From: Dicyema japonicum
Lineage: Eukaryota; Animalia; Dicyemida
Assembly: GCA_011109175.1 (NCBI GenBank)
Contig: RDEW01000054.1
Location: 185,382 to 249,381, forward strand
Reading direction: 5' to 3'
Length of the DNA: 64,000 nucleotides
Shown: positions 24,780 through 36,289 of the stretch, piece after piece
How the letters are laid out: every line of letters begins with the position of its first letter
Position numbering within the stretch: position 1 is the stretch's first letter
Program-made: the position numbers and the translations under genes
Notes under the pieces: model-generated
What the model was told of the DNA's origin: nothing
The model's database searches: none
Seen by the model: the letters and a program-made list of their open reading frames with translations, nothing else

Positions 24780-25560
24780 CATAATATTCTCGCTCTTCTT
24801 AGGCAGGAATTTGCCTTATGTTTTAAGTCACTATAAAATCAGAGGAGCATTCGTTCGGAGGATCTTTGTTACTGAAAGACTCGAAGCCTCTTCCAAATTT
24901 ATTTCTTGGTAGATAAAGTCTTTCTTTGTTTGCCGGTTGCAAGTGAATGTGGCTGTCATAAGAATTCTGTGGATATTTTTATCGATCTGTTCAAATTCTG
25001 GAGGCTCGATGTCAATCAATCAAATAAAATAGTTGTTATGTGAAGTTCATATTCGTTCATCCCCTTAAACAGGTTTACCGATTTTAAACTCGTCTTCGTC
25101 AAATTTTGAACCGTTTAGATCTTCATAGATTTTATGCATAACTCACAGATATCGGTATCCATCCAATACATCGAGGAAAAGAGCTTTCTTAGACAAGGAG
25201 TTCACGTTTGTTGCAGATTTGTCAAAGTTTCTCTCCAACCCGGCTGCATCAAAAAAATTCAACTTAAGCCCCCTGCAGAATTCCATTTTTTTATATTTAC
25301 TTCTCCCAACGTTTTGTTTCCCAAATTTAGCCGAATCTTCCATTTTGTGACAAGTTTCTGAATAAACCTGACTATCAGATAAATCAGAATTTTGTAATAC
25401 CTGGTCTAAAAACTGGTGATCGACAGAGTCATAAGCTTTTTTGACGTTGATTCAAGTAGAATTCAAATTGTTTCCGTTTCGTTTATTTAATTGTTTGTTG
25501 ACGATGGCTTTCTCTTTCGCATCTTGACACATTCTTTGAGTTGTCACTTATCAAATCTTA
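24780..25560 (-). mobile_element. R4/Dong-like RT and thumb fragment, decayed and internally deleted
   Basis: KKAYDSVDHQFL..., KNGILQG and KERLYLPRNKFGRGF. Confidence 0.75.
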
Positions 25561-25739
25561 TGATTCAATATATTTTTTATAATTTTTTTTCAGTAGGCAT
25601 CAAGTGATTGGCCTTAACTCCTTATGTAACACACATACATCAACTTTTGGAATAAGGTACGTAATCCCAGTAAATCACCAGGTGTATTATAATTTTCTAA
25701 ATCTCCTCACAAAGATATCCATGAATCGAAGTGAAGTTT

Positions 25740-26935
25740 TTGATTAAAAAAAGTTATAGACTATATCTCTTCTATGTGCTTCTTCTAAAATCCTGGAATA
25801 ACTTATTCTCGATCAGATTAAACCTTACCTTTCGGACGTATCCTTCCAACATTGTTTTAAGAAGGCTCACTCACAACTACTCGCCTTACAGGCCTCAAGG
25901 AGGGCCTACAATGCAAACCTCGGCATCAAAAGACCCTTATGTGTTCCATTAGATATAGAAGACTTTTGACTCGATTCTGTAGAAACTGCTCACCAGGAAG
26001 ATTTATGACTCCAATATTTCAAACAACTTGATAATCTGGGATACAAAGTTTTTCAACAGACGAAGGGGAATAGTAATTTCACATTCCATATTTTCTGTCA
26101 CCAAATTTCTGTCAAATGAGGTCCCACAAATATCCCCTCTCTCACCCATTCTATTCAACCCTTTTATGATCGGCATGCCTTCCCACAGCAACGACGATAC
26201 TCTGTTCCTTGCTTATGCTGACGACATAATCCTGGCAACAAGAGACCAATGTATCCACACAGCGGGGACCAGTTTACAAGAGTCACTGGACAACCTGAAC
26301 TGTTGGCTTACGAGGAACTAATTACAAACAAGTCCTGAAAACTCGTGCTCAATGATTTTTACTTCCAATAGAAGATTGACAAACTCGGCACCTTCATTGA
26401 CCCTGAATGGGATAACAATCTCCTCCACAAATTTAACCATAATACTGGGGGTCACATATGACCCACTAATGACATTCAGAAAACATGTGAGCAACGTCAT
26501 CTCCTCTTCCCAGCGAAAACTAAACTTTGTAAAAACGCTACTTGGATGATACACAAGATATTTCCACCCAACAGCAAAACATCTCTACTCCTAATAAATG
26601 CTACCGTAGATCGGCTACTGCTGCGCGGCATGGGGTACTAGCCTATCCTATATCAACCTAAAGAAAATAAACTCCTTCCGAGAAATAGTAACGAGGGCAC
26701 TATAAAGGTTCTCCTCCTCACCACAAAGCCAACTCCGTTTGAGAAACTTGTGAGGAGAATTGGAGTCCCGTTGAAACCACAAAATTTCCGAAAAGTGATT
26801 CATCTATACAGGAAGTGTGTCGGCTCTCGGGAGGAACACCGAGAAAAGATGAGGCGCCTGCTTAAGGAGGCCAGGATTACCTGACGACCCCTCACTCTAT
26901 TTTATCAGTTATTCTTGGTTTTAAAATAAATAGAC
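25740..26935 (+). mobile_element. Decayed Vingi-like LINE, RT to 3' end
   Basis: PQISPLSPILFN...FLAYADDIILATR, ILGVTYDPLMTF; ends EHREKMRRLLKEARIT*. Confidence 0.85.
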
Positions 26936-27028
26936 TCCATCACAACAAGTGCTATTTTTAAATGCTATATTTTGTGGTTTATAAATCCTATAATGCTATT
27001 TTTAAGTGCTGTATTTTAAATTTTAATT

Positions 27029-27354
27029 AATAATAATAATAAAAACAGCCTTTTCACTAGAGCCATAGTATTTATAGCTCCGCATGAACAGGACACACAT
27101 TTTATTTAAGTAAAGAACAGTTATTTTAACTAATCGTAGAAACAAGGAATGATCTTCTTTTTTCCTTTTCTTGTGTGTGGGTCCATTCTAGACAATCCAG
27201 TTCCGCAGTGAGTCTCCATTGATGAAGGTGTCACTCGTCAAGCCCTTTTAACATCGTAGATGCGTGGAACCTACCACCAGGTGAACAGGAGCAAGATTCG
27301 AACCCGTAGCCTAAGCCACTTTAGCCCGACACCTAGCCACTATGTCACCCGGCT
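27029..27354 (-). mobile_element. tRNA-derived SINE copy 1 (~320 bp, (ATT)n tail)
   Basis: Head with A box TAGTGGCTAGG, variable-arm hairpin GTGGC-TTAG-GCTAC and B box GGTTCGAATC. Body shared with 35572-35877 and 63337-63649. Confidence 0.9.
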
Positions 27355-28201
27355 AAAAATTTTAATTGCTATAAAAAATTGCCATGCTCCATAGAGTTTA
27401 TCTTTCTGTAACCACCAATGATAGTGGATCACATACCATCGGAGATTCAGATAAGAAATTCGTTCGGCATCGATTATCACGGAGATACTGTGCTCAGTAT
27501 TTTTCAAAACAGAAAAAATTTTACCAGAATTTTAGGTGAATCTGAGAAGAAAACTATTGTCGACAGGAATAACAAGAATTTTATGAGCTGAATCTTAAAG
27601 AAAAATCCATATGGTTACATCATATAGTCCATTAGTAAAAGCACTGAACACCGCCAGATTTTATCTAAATAAATCCTTAAAGATCTAATAACTCACTAGT
27701 CCTTAAAATAACACTAGATTTATCATGTCATTTCAAAAATTAGAAAATATTCTCTCGGCGCAATTTAGACTGACGGTAATTAACTCTCGCGATGGTAGTG
27801 GTGTCAACTAAGAACGACCTATGTATTAAAAATAATGCATGAAGCCCAAATCAAAATTTTGTATATCATAGTAACTTTAGTATTCCTTTTTTTAAAACTA
27901 CGTGGAAATGTTCAAAATACAATACAATGTATTCCGTATATCCTATTTACCTTCAAGGAAAGATTAGAAAGCATATTTGTTTAATATAAACAAATATTCC
28001 ATTGGGAAATTATAAGTTCAGGGTTAGTAAATTCTAATTGAGGAAAAACGGGAAGTCTTTTTTGACGTTGTATAAGAATGAATTGAACTAAAAGGGAAAA
28101 ATTAAAACTCTTAACTAGAACCTTAATATTTTAATAAAATAAATCATTTTATGACACAGTAAGATATTAATAGTGGCGTTAATGAATTTAAATATAATTA
28201 A

Positions 28202-28538
28202 TTAGAAATATAAAATTCGCACAATCCTAATGTTTTCGGTCGAGTTGATATTATAGCATGTGTTTTGCACATCATTTCTTTATTTACGAGGAAATAACCA
28301 ATTTAAAAATATAACAATTTAACCTGATTTGATTAGACTGACTCCACATTTAACGCATTTGATGCAACTTCTGTGAATCATTTTACCTTTAAGACTTACA
28401 TTATTTTGTGAGGAACTATAATAAATAACAGTTTTTTTATTACCTCACATACTTTTTACATATGTAACAATTTTTATTTGAAAATGGAATACATTCAACT
28501 AATTCTTTGTACTCTAATCCACCAATTTTTATGTTCAT
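28202..28538 (-). CDS. Small single-LIM-domain protein; needs a 26-nt GT-AG intron and a 25-nt GT-TG intron (28299-28323)
   Basis: Spliced: CYICKKYVSSSQNNVSLKGKMIHRSCIKCVKCGVSLIKSGYFLVNKEMMCKTCY = C2...HC..C2...C2 LIM pattern. The 3' end is uncertain. Confidence 0.6.
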
Positions 28539-28799
28539 TTATTATTGATGCGTATAATATCTAATTCATATGTAATAATTCGTACTTTATGAAGTAAATT
28601 AATACGTCATATTTCAATCAAACGAAATATGTACTTTAATTATAATTGTTAATTCGTTATGCAAACCGTGATGTGAAGAACTTTTAGTCAAAACTTTTTA
28701 GAATAGCGTTTTTTTACATTTAAACAAAAATAATACACTGTTTTAATAATCCTTAGAAAAAATCCTTAAACGATCAATTCGATGGCCACACGGTTGCCG

Positions 28800-29600
28800 T
28801 CTTGGCAGCGTGGCTCAAGAATGTAATCCCTTTTCAGACTGTTGAATACATTTTTTAAATCCAATTTGACGAGAATATCTTTATAGAATCCGCAAGACTG
28901 CGGTTTTTTGAAAATATGGACAGAAGAACTGCAGTCTCACATCGAGACATCTTCGCTCGATGTGGTCAATGGGATAACTCAAGCGAGAAAAATGCAGAGA
29001 CGCAAATCGCGTGACGGTTATAGGTGTTTTCCAAACAGAATTTTGTGTGTGTCAAAAATTGTTTTGAGTGGTCGGTTTGAAGGTATAAGTGCCTTAAGGG
29101 AGGCATGGGTTCTTCTTTTGAGTAGTTTAGAACTAATGGTCCATTTGAGTCTTAGAGCTTCTGTTTCATCTTTCGAGCATCGAGTTCTCTGTATTTGATT
29201 ATAAGTAGCAATCAGGAAATTGAATCCCATCATGAAAGTGCGGATGCTGTTTTTTATGGTAACGACGAAAAACTCTTTTTCAATATATTCAAAAAGAAAG
29301 CCAAGCGTGAACGGTGAATAACTGAACAGACGTACCCAGTCCTTTATCGAGTAGGACCAGATTATATCGTCGATTGTATTGGAAATCAAGAGGAATCTTT
29401 ATTTGATTAGTCCTTGAGGATCGGTGTTCAGAGAATAGATGTAGAAAAGATTCTTGGAACATAGTTGAAGTATGTTCCGAATAGCGCGAGGAATTCTTTT
29501 GCAAAATCCGAGACAGGAATGGCAGTCCATACTTCAAGTGCGTGTACAGCGGCTTGAGAGAGTTTCCCACACCAGAGGTAGAAGTAGTCGTTACAAACTG
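28800..29600 (-). mobile_element. CRE-like element fragment (pre-RT region to RT start)
   Basis: KRIPRAIRNILQ...DWVRLF and DILVKLDLKNVFNSLKRDYIL. Confidence 0.65.
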
Positions 29601-29683
29601 TCAGGAAATCCCATACATTTTAAACATATAAAAAATTTAAATTATTAGTTTAACATCTAGAATACATAACTAAAACAATCATT

Positions 29684-30601
29684 TTAATCACTATAATAGT
29701 TCGAATATTTAAACGGCTTCAAATAACTCTTCCTTTTGTTTTTTGGGAACAAAGAATTTTCTGATAAGGAACGACTACGAAACCTTTCTTTGGGAATTAC
29801 ATTAGAAACATTTTCTCTTAACTTATCTAAATTATGAATAAAAATATTTTTACTTGAAAAGTCATTTATCGAATCACATTCAGTTGTGACCTTGTTAGAT
29901 ATACGATTTTGAAACTTATTCCATAAAATGGGCATAGTTATGAGAGAATTATAGTGATTTCCGAAATGATAACTTAACCTTATTGGTAAATCATTTGGCA
30001 TCTCAGCTGAAAGACCACTAATTTTTATAGGGTCTATAAAAGTACAAAAAAATTTGTCAACTTATTGAATATTGATAAATTTCAATTGGACGATTATACA
30101 TTTCAGATATTGCTTGGAGTTCAACATGATCGCCAAATGTCTCCGGGTTGCTAAGTTTAGATACATAAGACTCAAAATCTGATGCAATAAAGTTAGAAAA
30201 ATATAAATGATTCCTTCTCTAAAAATTAATCGAAAAATACCATATAATTAATACACTCACTTCTAACTATTGAATGTTCATCAGCATTCCCGTAAACTTG
30301 ATGTGCTAAATTATTTTATAAAGACTTGGAACCGACTGAGCGAAACAAACAAGCACCATCTGTTTTCATGGGAACAATCATCAAAGAAATTGAACGCAAT
30401 GCTAGTTCAAATTGTTTTTCTTTATACGAGGACTTGAATAATTTAAAAGACTTTAACAATGTGTCTATGATCCGAGTATGATTTCGAATTTCCATGCCGT
30501 TTGGGTTTGTTTTTCTGCTTTTCACTTTCAAATGGTATTCGTGATCGCTTGCAATCTTTATTTTGTTTATTAATATCTTGAGTATTTGAAACCACAGTCA
30601 T
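29684..30601 (-). CDS. OTUD5: OTU-domain deubiquitinase, OTUD5-like, 5 exons
   Basis: [34 protein letters not shown]...FGDHVELQAISEMYNRPIEIYQYS...IRLSYHFGNHYNSL. Introns of 25, 27, 22 and 28 nt. Confidence 0.8.
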
Positions 30602-30739
30602 GACTCCTTTAATAAGAAAGTTAAAATGATTAACAATTATCAAACAACAAGAAGAATTCTTTTAACTGTAAAATTTCAAATAATTTAAATATTAAAAATA
30701 ACTTTTGGTGAATTTATTTTTATTGATCTGATTTGGCAA

Positions 30740-30940
30740 AAGCTCCTGAAAATCTCCTTGGGCCGGAAGTCAAACTACATCTGCAGTAAGCCTATCCAAA
30801 ATACGAAAAAAATCTTCCTCTTGTTGAGATTATTCCAGAACTTAAAAAAACTAATCGCAGGAGAAAGCCTGGTATCGACACCGGGATCACTTAATTTAGA
30901 TGATATCTCCTTTCTTGTGGTTTCAGTGTTAATAAATTAA
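30740..30940 (+). mobile_element. Vingi-like LINE 3' fragment
   Basis: Ends ACCGGGATCACTTAA...GTGGTTTCAGTGTTAATAAATT with the family stem-loop. Confidence 0.7.
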
Positions 30941-31547
30941 GTTAAATTAAATTGATCTGATTTAATGTTTCATAAATGTTACCACAATCTGAAAATTCAA
31001 ATATTAAACCAACCAATTTGCTAAAATCCATGTCTTGATCAGAAAATCAATTAATTTAATATTTGAAAAAATAACCGGGATTAATACTTTCGATAAAGAA
31101 AAATAATATCTATGAATACTTTTTATAGATAAGATTTGTATTATTTGAACTTAAAAACTTTTTGTATTTATAACAATTAAAAAAAGTTATATGACTAAAA
31201 AGGTAAATAATAAGTAAAGTCGCATCACAACAAGTAGCATCACTTAAACACGAAATAAACTGACCTTAAAGCTGCTTTACATTAGCCTTAAAAGGGATAA
31301 ACTTAATGATTGTGGTTTTTAGTAATTGATAAAGATAATTAGTTGTTTACTTGACAATACCCGGATTATTAAAATAAATAAAAAAAAATAAATGATGACG
31401 GGTTATTAAAATATTTCCCTCAAAATCCAGAGGAGGAATATCCACATAGGGCGGCAGCCTCAAATTCTAATTTTTTTGTTTCTATTTATATATTTTATTA
31501 AAGTAAAAGTCGCATTAAAAAAGTTAATCATGGATTATTAGCGTATA

Positions 31548-32244
31548 TTATTTTATTAAAGAGCAACATCGAGAATCAGACGGTGACACATTAATAATAT
31601 TTCCAGAGTTTTCTAAATTGAAGTTACTATTTAACACAATTTCTTTAACTTTAAAATAAAATTAAAATTAAAACCAATTTCCTGGAAAATTTCAGTAAGA
31701 TTATGTCCCGTAAAAGCAGAAGTTTCCATAAATATCAATGAATTATTTTCAGCAAATATATTAGCAGTCTATTCAATATAAAAAATACCAATATACTTCA
31801 TATTTGATCGCCCTTTCTTTTTCTGATAAATCCAATTTATTACCAGCTAGAGCAATAATAATTTTATTAGAATCATGAATTTCATTTTTAAGCTGTAATA
31901 CCCATTCTTGAGCCATTTCGAATGATGACAAATCCGTAATGTCATAGACAACAATGGCAGCCTTAGCTCCACGGTAGTACATAGGAGCTAAGCTACGAAA
32001 TCTCTCTTGACCAGCTGTATCCCAAATATCAAGCTTGATATCCGTATCACCAACAGTTATTAATCTTGTCACGAAAGCGGCTTAAATTAAATAAGAATTA
32101 ACCCCCAACGGTTGGTTCTTGATTTTCTTGAAAACGACCAAAAATAAAACGAATTGCTATGCTAGTCTTACCAACACCTGAATTTCCCAAAAGGACCGTT
32201 TTAATCTTATGTATTTTATGCCGCACAGTTAAATTATCAGACAT
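31548..32244 (-). CDS. RAB5: Rab5-subfamily small GTPase, 4 exons
   Basis: [46 protein letters not shown] and C-terminal RCCSLIK*. The exact paralogue (Rab5/22/31) is not resolved. Confidence 0.88.
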
Positions 32245-32334
32245 TTATACAGAAAAGTACTTCAACAAAAGATGAGTAATTTAAAATATTATATTGAATT
32301 TTATTATTAAATTAAATTAATTTTTATAAATTCA

Positions 32335-33205
32335 ATGGACGAATGGCTCTCGTCTCTGAACCGAAATAGAAATGGATTCATTGCATAAGTTTGGAAGACT
32401 ATTCGAGACGTATCAGATAGGATGAAAGGTCGTCAGACGAGGATCACAGCCAAAAGGATTTGAATAACCTGATAAAATATTGCTTAAAAATATCCCACAA
32501 AGACCATAAGAAGTCGGATACCCCCTTTATATCTCAGTAAACCAAAAAAAAAACCTAGATATGATTTACTTCACTGAAAACGACGTGAGAAATATGTTGA
32601 AACTCGTAAAAGCTACTTAATCTAACGGACCTGACAAAATCCCAATGAAACTTGCTAACCTCAGTCCAATGTTAAAACCCGGAAAAACGAAGAAGGACCC
32701 GACTTCATTTATACCTGTTACGTTACTCTGTTCGATGTCAAAAACCCCGGAAAAACTGTTATGTCAAACATCAAGGACTTTCTACTGTACTTGTCATTTA
32801 AAATAGTTTTAAAAAGGAGAGGTCTACTTCGATTTATCTATCAGTCTTGACTAACTTTATACTTATGGTTTTTCGCATAGGTCGGGATACCTGAGGATTG
32901 TATTTCGCTTGATCGATGTCTATAGAGCTTCCTACTCAGTGTCAAGGAAGATTCTTGTTCTGAAAATTTTCCAAACAAAAATACCTGGAAAGTTTAAAAT
33001 CTGGTTAGATTGCTCGGAGGGGGCATGTCTGCATTGGAATGTCAAAATCTGTTTTCCTGCATCTTCCAAATGATGTTACCCAAGGATCCACTTTGTCTCG
33101 TTTGTTATTCAACCTATTCATGGCTGATATCCATTCACCAGAAGTCGAAAATGATATTTTTATGGCTCCCGTTAAAGTATTTAACAATAATAACAAAGAT
33201 AAGAC
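32335..33205 (+). mobile_element. Decayed Vingi-like LINE linker/RT fragment
   Basis: WKTIR, GPDKIP, LKPGK..KDPTSF and PQGSTL-like segments. Confidence 0.75.
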
Positions 33206-33257
33206 TAGACTAGTCTAATGAATGATGACAATATAGAAAGAAAAATCGTAAAAAAAA

Positions 33258-34342
33258 CTAGTTATTTTGAGAATCCGACTGCCCAAAAAGATAATTTGCT
33301 GCTAAACCTAAATCCCATTCACAAATTATTAGGGCCTCTATGCATTCTTCTATCGCAAATCCAAGATCAGCTAATTGTTGGGCTTTTGACAGTTGATCAG
33401 AAGAAATATCCAATCTTTGAGGGGGATCAAGATTTTCAGGTGTTGATTGGACAGGTTGTACAACTAGTAAATTAATAAAAGCAAAAACCACTTTCTTCAT
33501 TAGTAGAGTTGATTCCAATCAATTCGAGAGCTTGTTGTGGATTTTCAGCAATAAACTAAATAAAATTCATAATAAAACTCTAGAAATTTCAGGACTATGT
33601 GCTTGTAAAGAATCAGCAAGTGTGTAAATAAGAGACGGATCATATCTCAAGGCAGAAATAATTTGTGTAAAATTTGGAGAAGACTGAATTGAATTTACAA
33701 AATTGTCTAAGCATGATTCAAATTAAAGAAAACCTAACATAAAAGCAGTATTAGAGCTATCAGTCAAATCTGAATCTACAGTTGGAATATTCTAGTAATT
33801 TAAAAATGAATTATAACTCCTGACAAAAGAAACTCAACGGCTCTTTCTACGTTCATAAAACTAGCATTTAAAGCCATTTTAGCATCGTCGTGACTAAATC
33901 CCATCCCGATAAGAGTAGTAATGGGATCATTTGCTGTATCATCGGAAGAGGTTTCAGGTATCTTAGGCGAGAGTGAACTTTGTGATTGTGAAGGAACTTG
34001 ATCAGCGACTGGTTTATTTTCTGGATTTTGTTTCTTCCCTGTGACCTAGTAATTATACTAAGGTCATTAAACCATGCATATTATCTGAGTTGAATTAACA
34101 TAGCTATACTTACTTAAATTTTCCTCGTTATCCATATTTTGACCTTTTATTTAATAATAAAATACCTTTGTAGATTAGTTTAATTTTATCAGAAGGATAT
34201 TTGTCATCTCCATATTTTTTTGATATCAATTGTTTTAAATTAAATATCTAAATAACATAAAATTGATAACTTTGATATCATTGTCATCTAAATCAATTTG
34301 GAATTCATCTTTCTTAAGAGTCATAAATTTAATGATCATCAT
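33258..34342 (-). CDS. RAD23: UV excision repair protein RAD23 (UBL-UBA-XPC binding-UBA)
   Basis: UBL IIKFMTLKKDEFQIDL...KLIYKGQNM; UBA1 LIGMGFSHDDAKMALNASFMNVERAVEFLLSG; UBA2 LADLGFAIEECIEALIICEWDLGLAANYLF. Introns of 23-28 nt. Confidence 0.9.
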
Positions 34343-34464
34343 AACGTGAACTAGAAAAAAATATATAACAAATTAAATAAAATAATTATTATTTATGAAT
34401 GTTTTATTCATAATTAAAAAATCTTATCAAAAAAAGATCAATCTATTGAAGAAACCTTTTTATG

Positions 34465-34795
34465 ATTAGAGCCGCGTGGCGCCATGTAGTGCTTCGTGGC
34501 AAATTGGTTGAAGTTTCTGTTTTGTTCGTCTGTTCCTCCTCTCTCTTCCTGTTAGAGTGGCATCATGTGATCCACTTGTCTAGGTGGCGCCCAGTGCCAG
34601 GCCGGCACAAAAAAGGATCATTTGCTCTTCCCCACTCCACTGGAGGGGTTCCACAACTGAAACTATGGACGTCTTTTACTCTTTATGCTGATTCCGGATG
34701 GACTCTGTTTCTGTAGAAGTGGAAACTGGATACACTTAATTAGTTGCTTACTTTAACTTCTTTCTCGGTGTATCCGGGGTTAATAAATTAATCAA
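34465..34795 (+). mobile_element. Short internally deleted non-autonomous Vingi-like element (type II leader plus 3' stem-loop, no ORF)
   Basis: Leader 34553-34620 plus a partial leader at 34467-34489. 3' stem CTGGATACAC (34726-34735)/GTGTATCCGG (34768-34777), then GGGTTAATAAA. Confidence 0.7.
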
Positions 34796-34833
34796 ATTGA
34801 GAAACCTATATATGTTACGGAAGATCGGAAACT

Positions 34834-34893
34834 GGTTTACATTTGGGTCACCTGCTCGTGATGAAAACTGCCTACAATTGTAGCCAACATCCC
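34834..34893 (+). ncRNA. Second candidate HDV-like ribozyme, mildly decayed
   Basis: P1 GGTTTAC/GAAAACT (G.U first pair, one mismatch), P2 GGGTC/CATCC (one mismatch), P3 ACC/GAT (one mismatch), L3 TGCTCGT, J1/4 GC, P4 CTAC/GTAG, J4/2 CCAA. Confidence 0.6.
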
Positions 34894-35215
34894 CGCCTTC
34901 TCTCCCTTGCTAAGTAGCTATTTATTAGTTTGCCTGGCAGTTGCTACGGAATGATCGCTAAAGCATAGGTTCCTAGTTCCTTCTATTAATTCTTTGCGGA
35001 GACGGTGAGCAAAATCCTGGACCCGCTTGCAATGTTCGAAAGCTGATTGTCCTCCAGCTAAACATTAACGAGATTTCCAAGAGATACAATGATCTGAGAT
35101 ACTTCCTATACGAGAATTATGTGGACATTGCTCTCATCCAAGAGTCGAAGTTAGCTCCGAAGTCTAAAAGACCTTGTTTTAAAAATTATTCCATCATCTT
35201 ACTCAGACCGCTTTT
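34834..35215 (+). mobile_element. Vingi-like LINE 5' fragment (ribozyme, 2A, APE start)
   Basis: FLLLILCGDGEQNPGP (34998-35024 for GDGEQNPGP) followed by LIVLQLNINE...DIALIQESKL. Confidence 0.85.
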
Positions 35216-35315
35216 TTCAAAACTGGGACTCGACTGCTTATTTTTTGTTAATGGACTGATTATTTTCTATTCTTATTACTGATTCAGCTCCGTCTATTTT
35301 CTCCTCTTATTAAAG

Positions 35316-36130
35316 CAGTGATTCCCAACCTGGGTTCCGCGAAATTTATTAAAGTTATTTAAAAATAGTTTTTAATTATTATCTACGGATGCAATTTGAA
35401 AATGTCAAATTTTGCGAAAGACGACAACTTAACATCGACCAGAGCATCTTATGAAGTATTGAATTATTTTAATTAAACAGGTGAGTTATCTTGTAGCATG
35501 CTGTGGAGAGGCACATACAATTGACGAAAATCTTATAAAGCCATGTTCAAAAAAAATCATCGAGTGTATTTTTTTTAATAGCCTTTTCACGAGAGCCATA
35601 GTATTTATAGCTCCGCATAGGCAGGACACACACTTTATTTAAGTAAAGAACAGTTAATTTTAACTAATCGTAGAACCAAGGAATGATCTTCACTTGTTTT
35701 TTTTTCTTATGTGAGTGTCCTTTCTAGACAATCCAGTTCCGCAGTGAGTATCCACTGATGACGGCGTCACTCGTCAAACCCTTTCTGCATCGTAGATGCG
35801 TGGAACCTTCTACCAGGTGAACAGCAGCGAGATTCGAACTTGTAGCCTAAGCCACTTAAGCCCGACACTTAATCACTATCGATTGTATTTATGGCTAACA
35901 AATTTTGAAAGGCATCCGTATTAAAAATGATATTAAATGCTTTGCCGTTCTGCAAGAGTGTATTGAGGAATCAAAATGCGCATTGGATGATACACTACTT
36001 TAGGACATCAAAGATCATTTGGTAATTTTGGATGATAACATTGCGAAATATTTTCCGGATAAATTTGATGACGATTGGGTTCAAAATCCGTTCAAAGTTA
36101 AAGTAATACCAGCAAATCTCTCATCAATTT
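35316..36130 (+). mobile_element. Internally deleted Buster-like hAT, interrupted by SINE copy 2
   Basis: Left end CAGTGATTCCCAACCTGGGTTCCGCG; ASYEV..GEAHTIDENLIKPC; IKDHLVILDDNIAKYFP...WVQNPF, shared with 13030-13130. Confidence 0.85.
35572..35877 (-). mobile_element. tRNA-derived SINE copy 2 with 13-bp TSD
   Basis: ATCGAGTGTATTT (35559-35571) and ATCGATTGTATTT (35878-35890). Confidence 0.9.
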
Positions 36131-36289
36131 AATATGATTTCAATTTAAGACCTGTTTGATAATTGTTAATATATATCCCTCCGATTCCTTTGTGTTTTAC
36201 CAACTATACGGCGAACATACTTCCACTTTATTCTACTGATAACTGTATCACACGGAATATCTGTATGCTATCTCCAGGAGACTAAAGTC

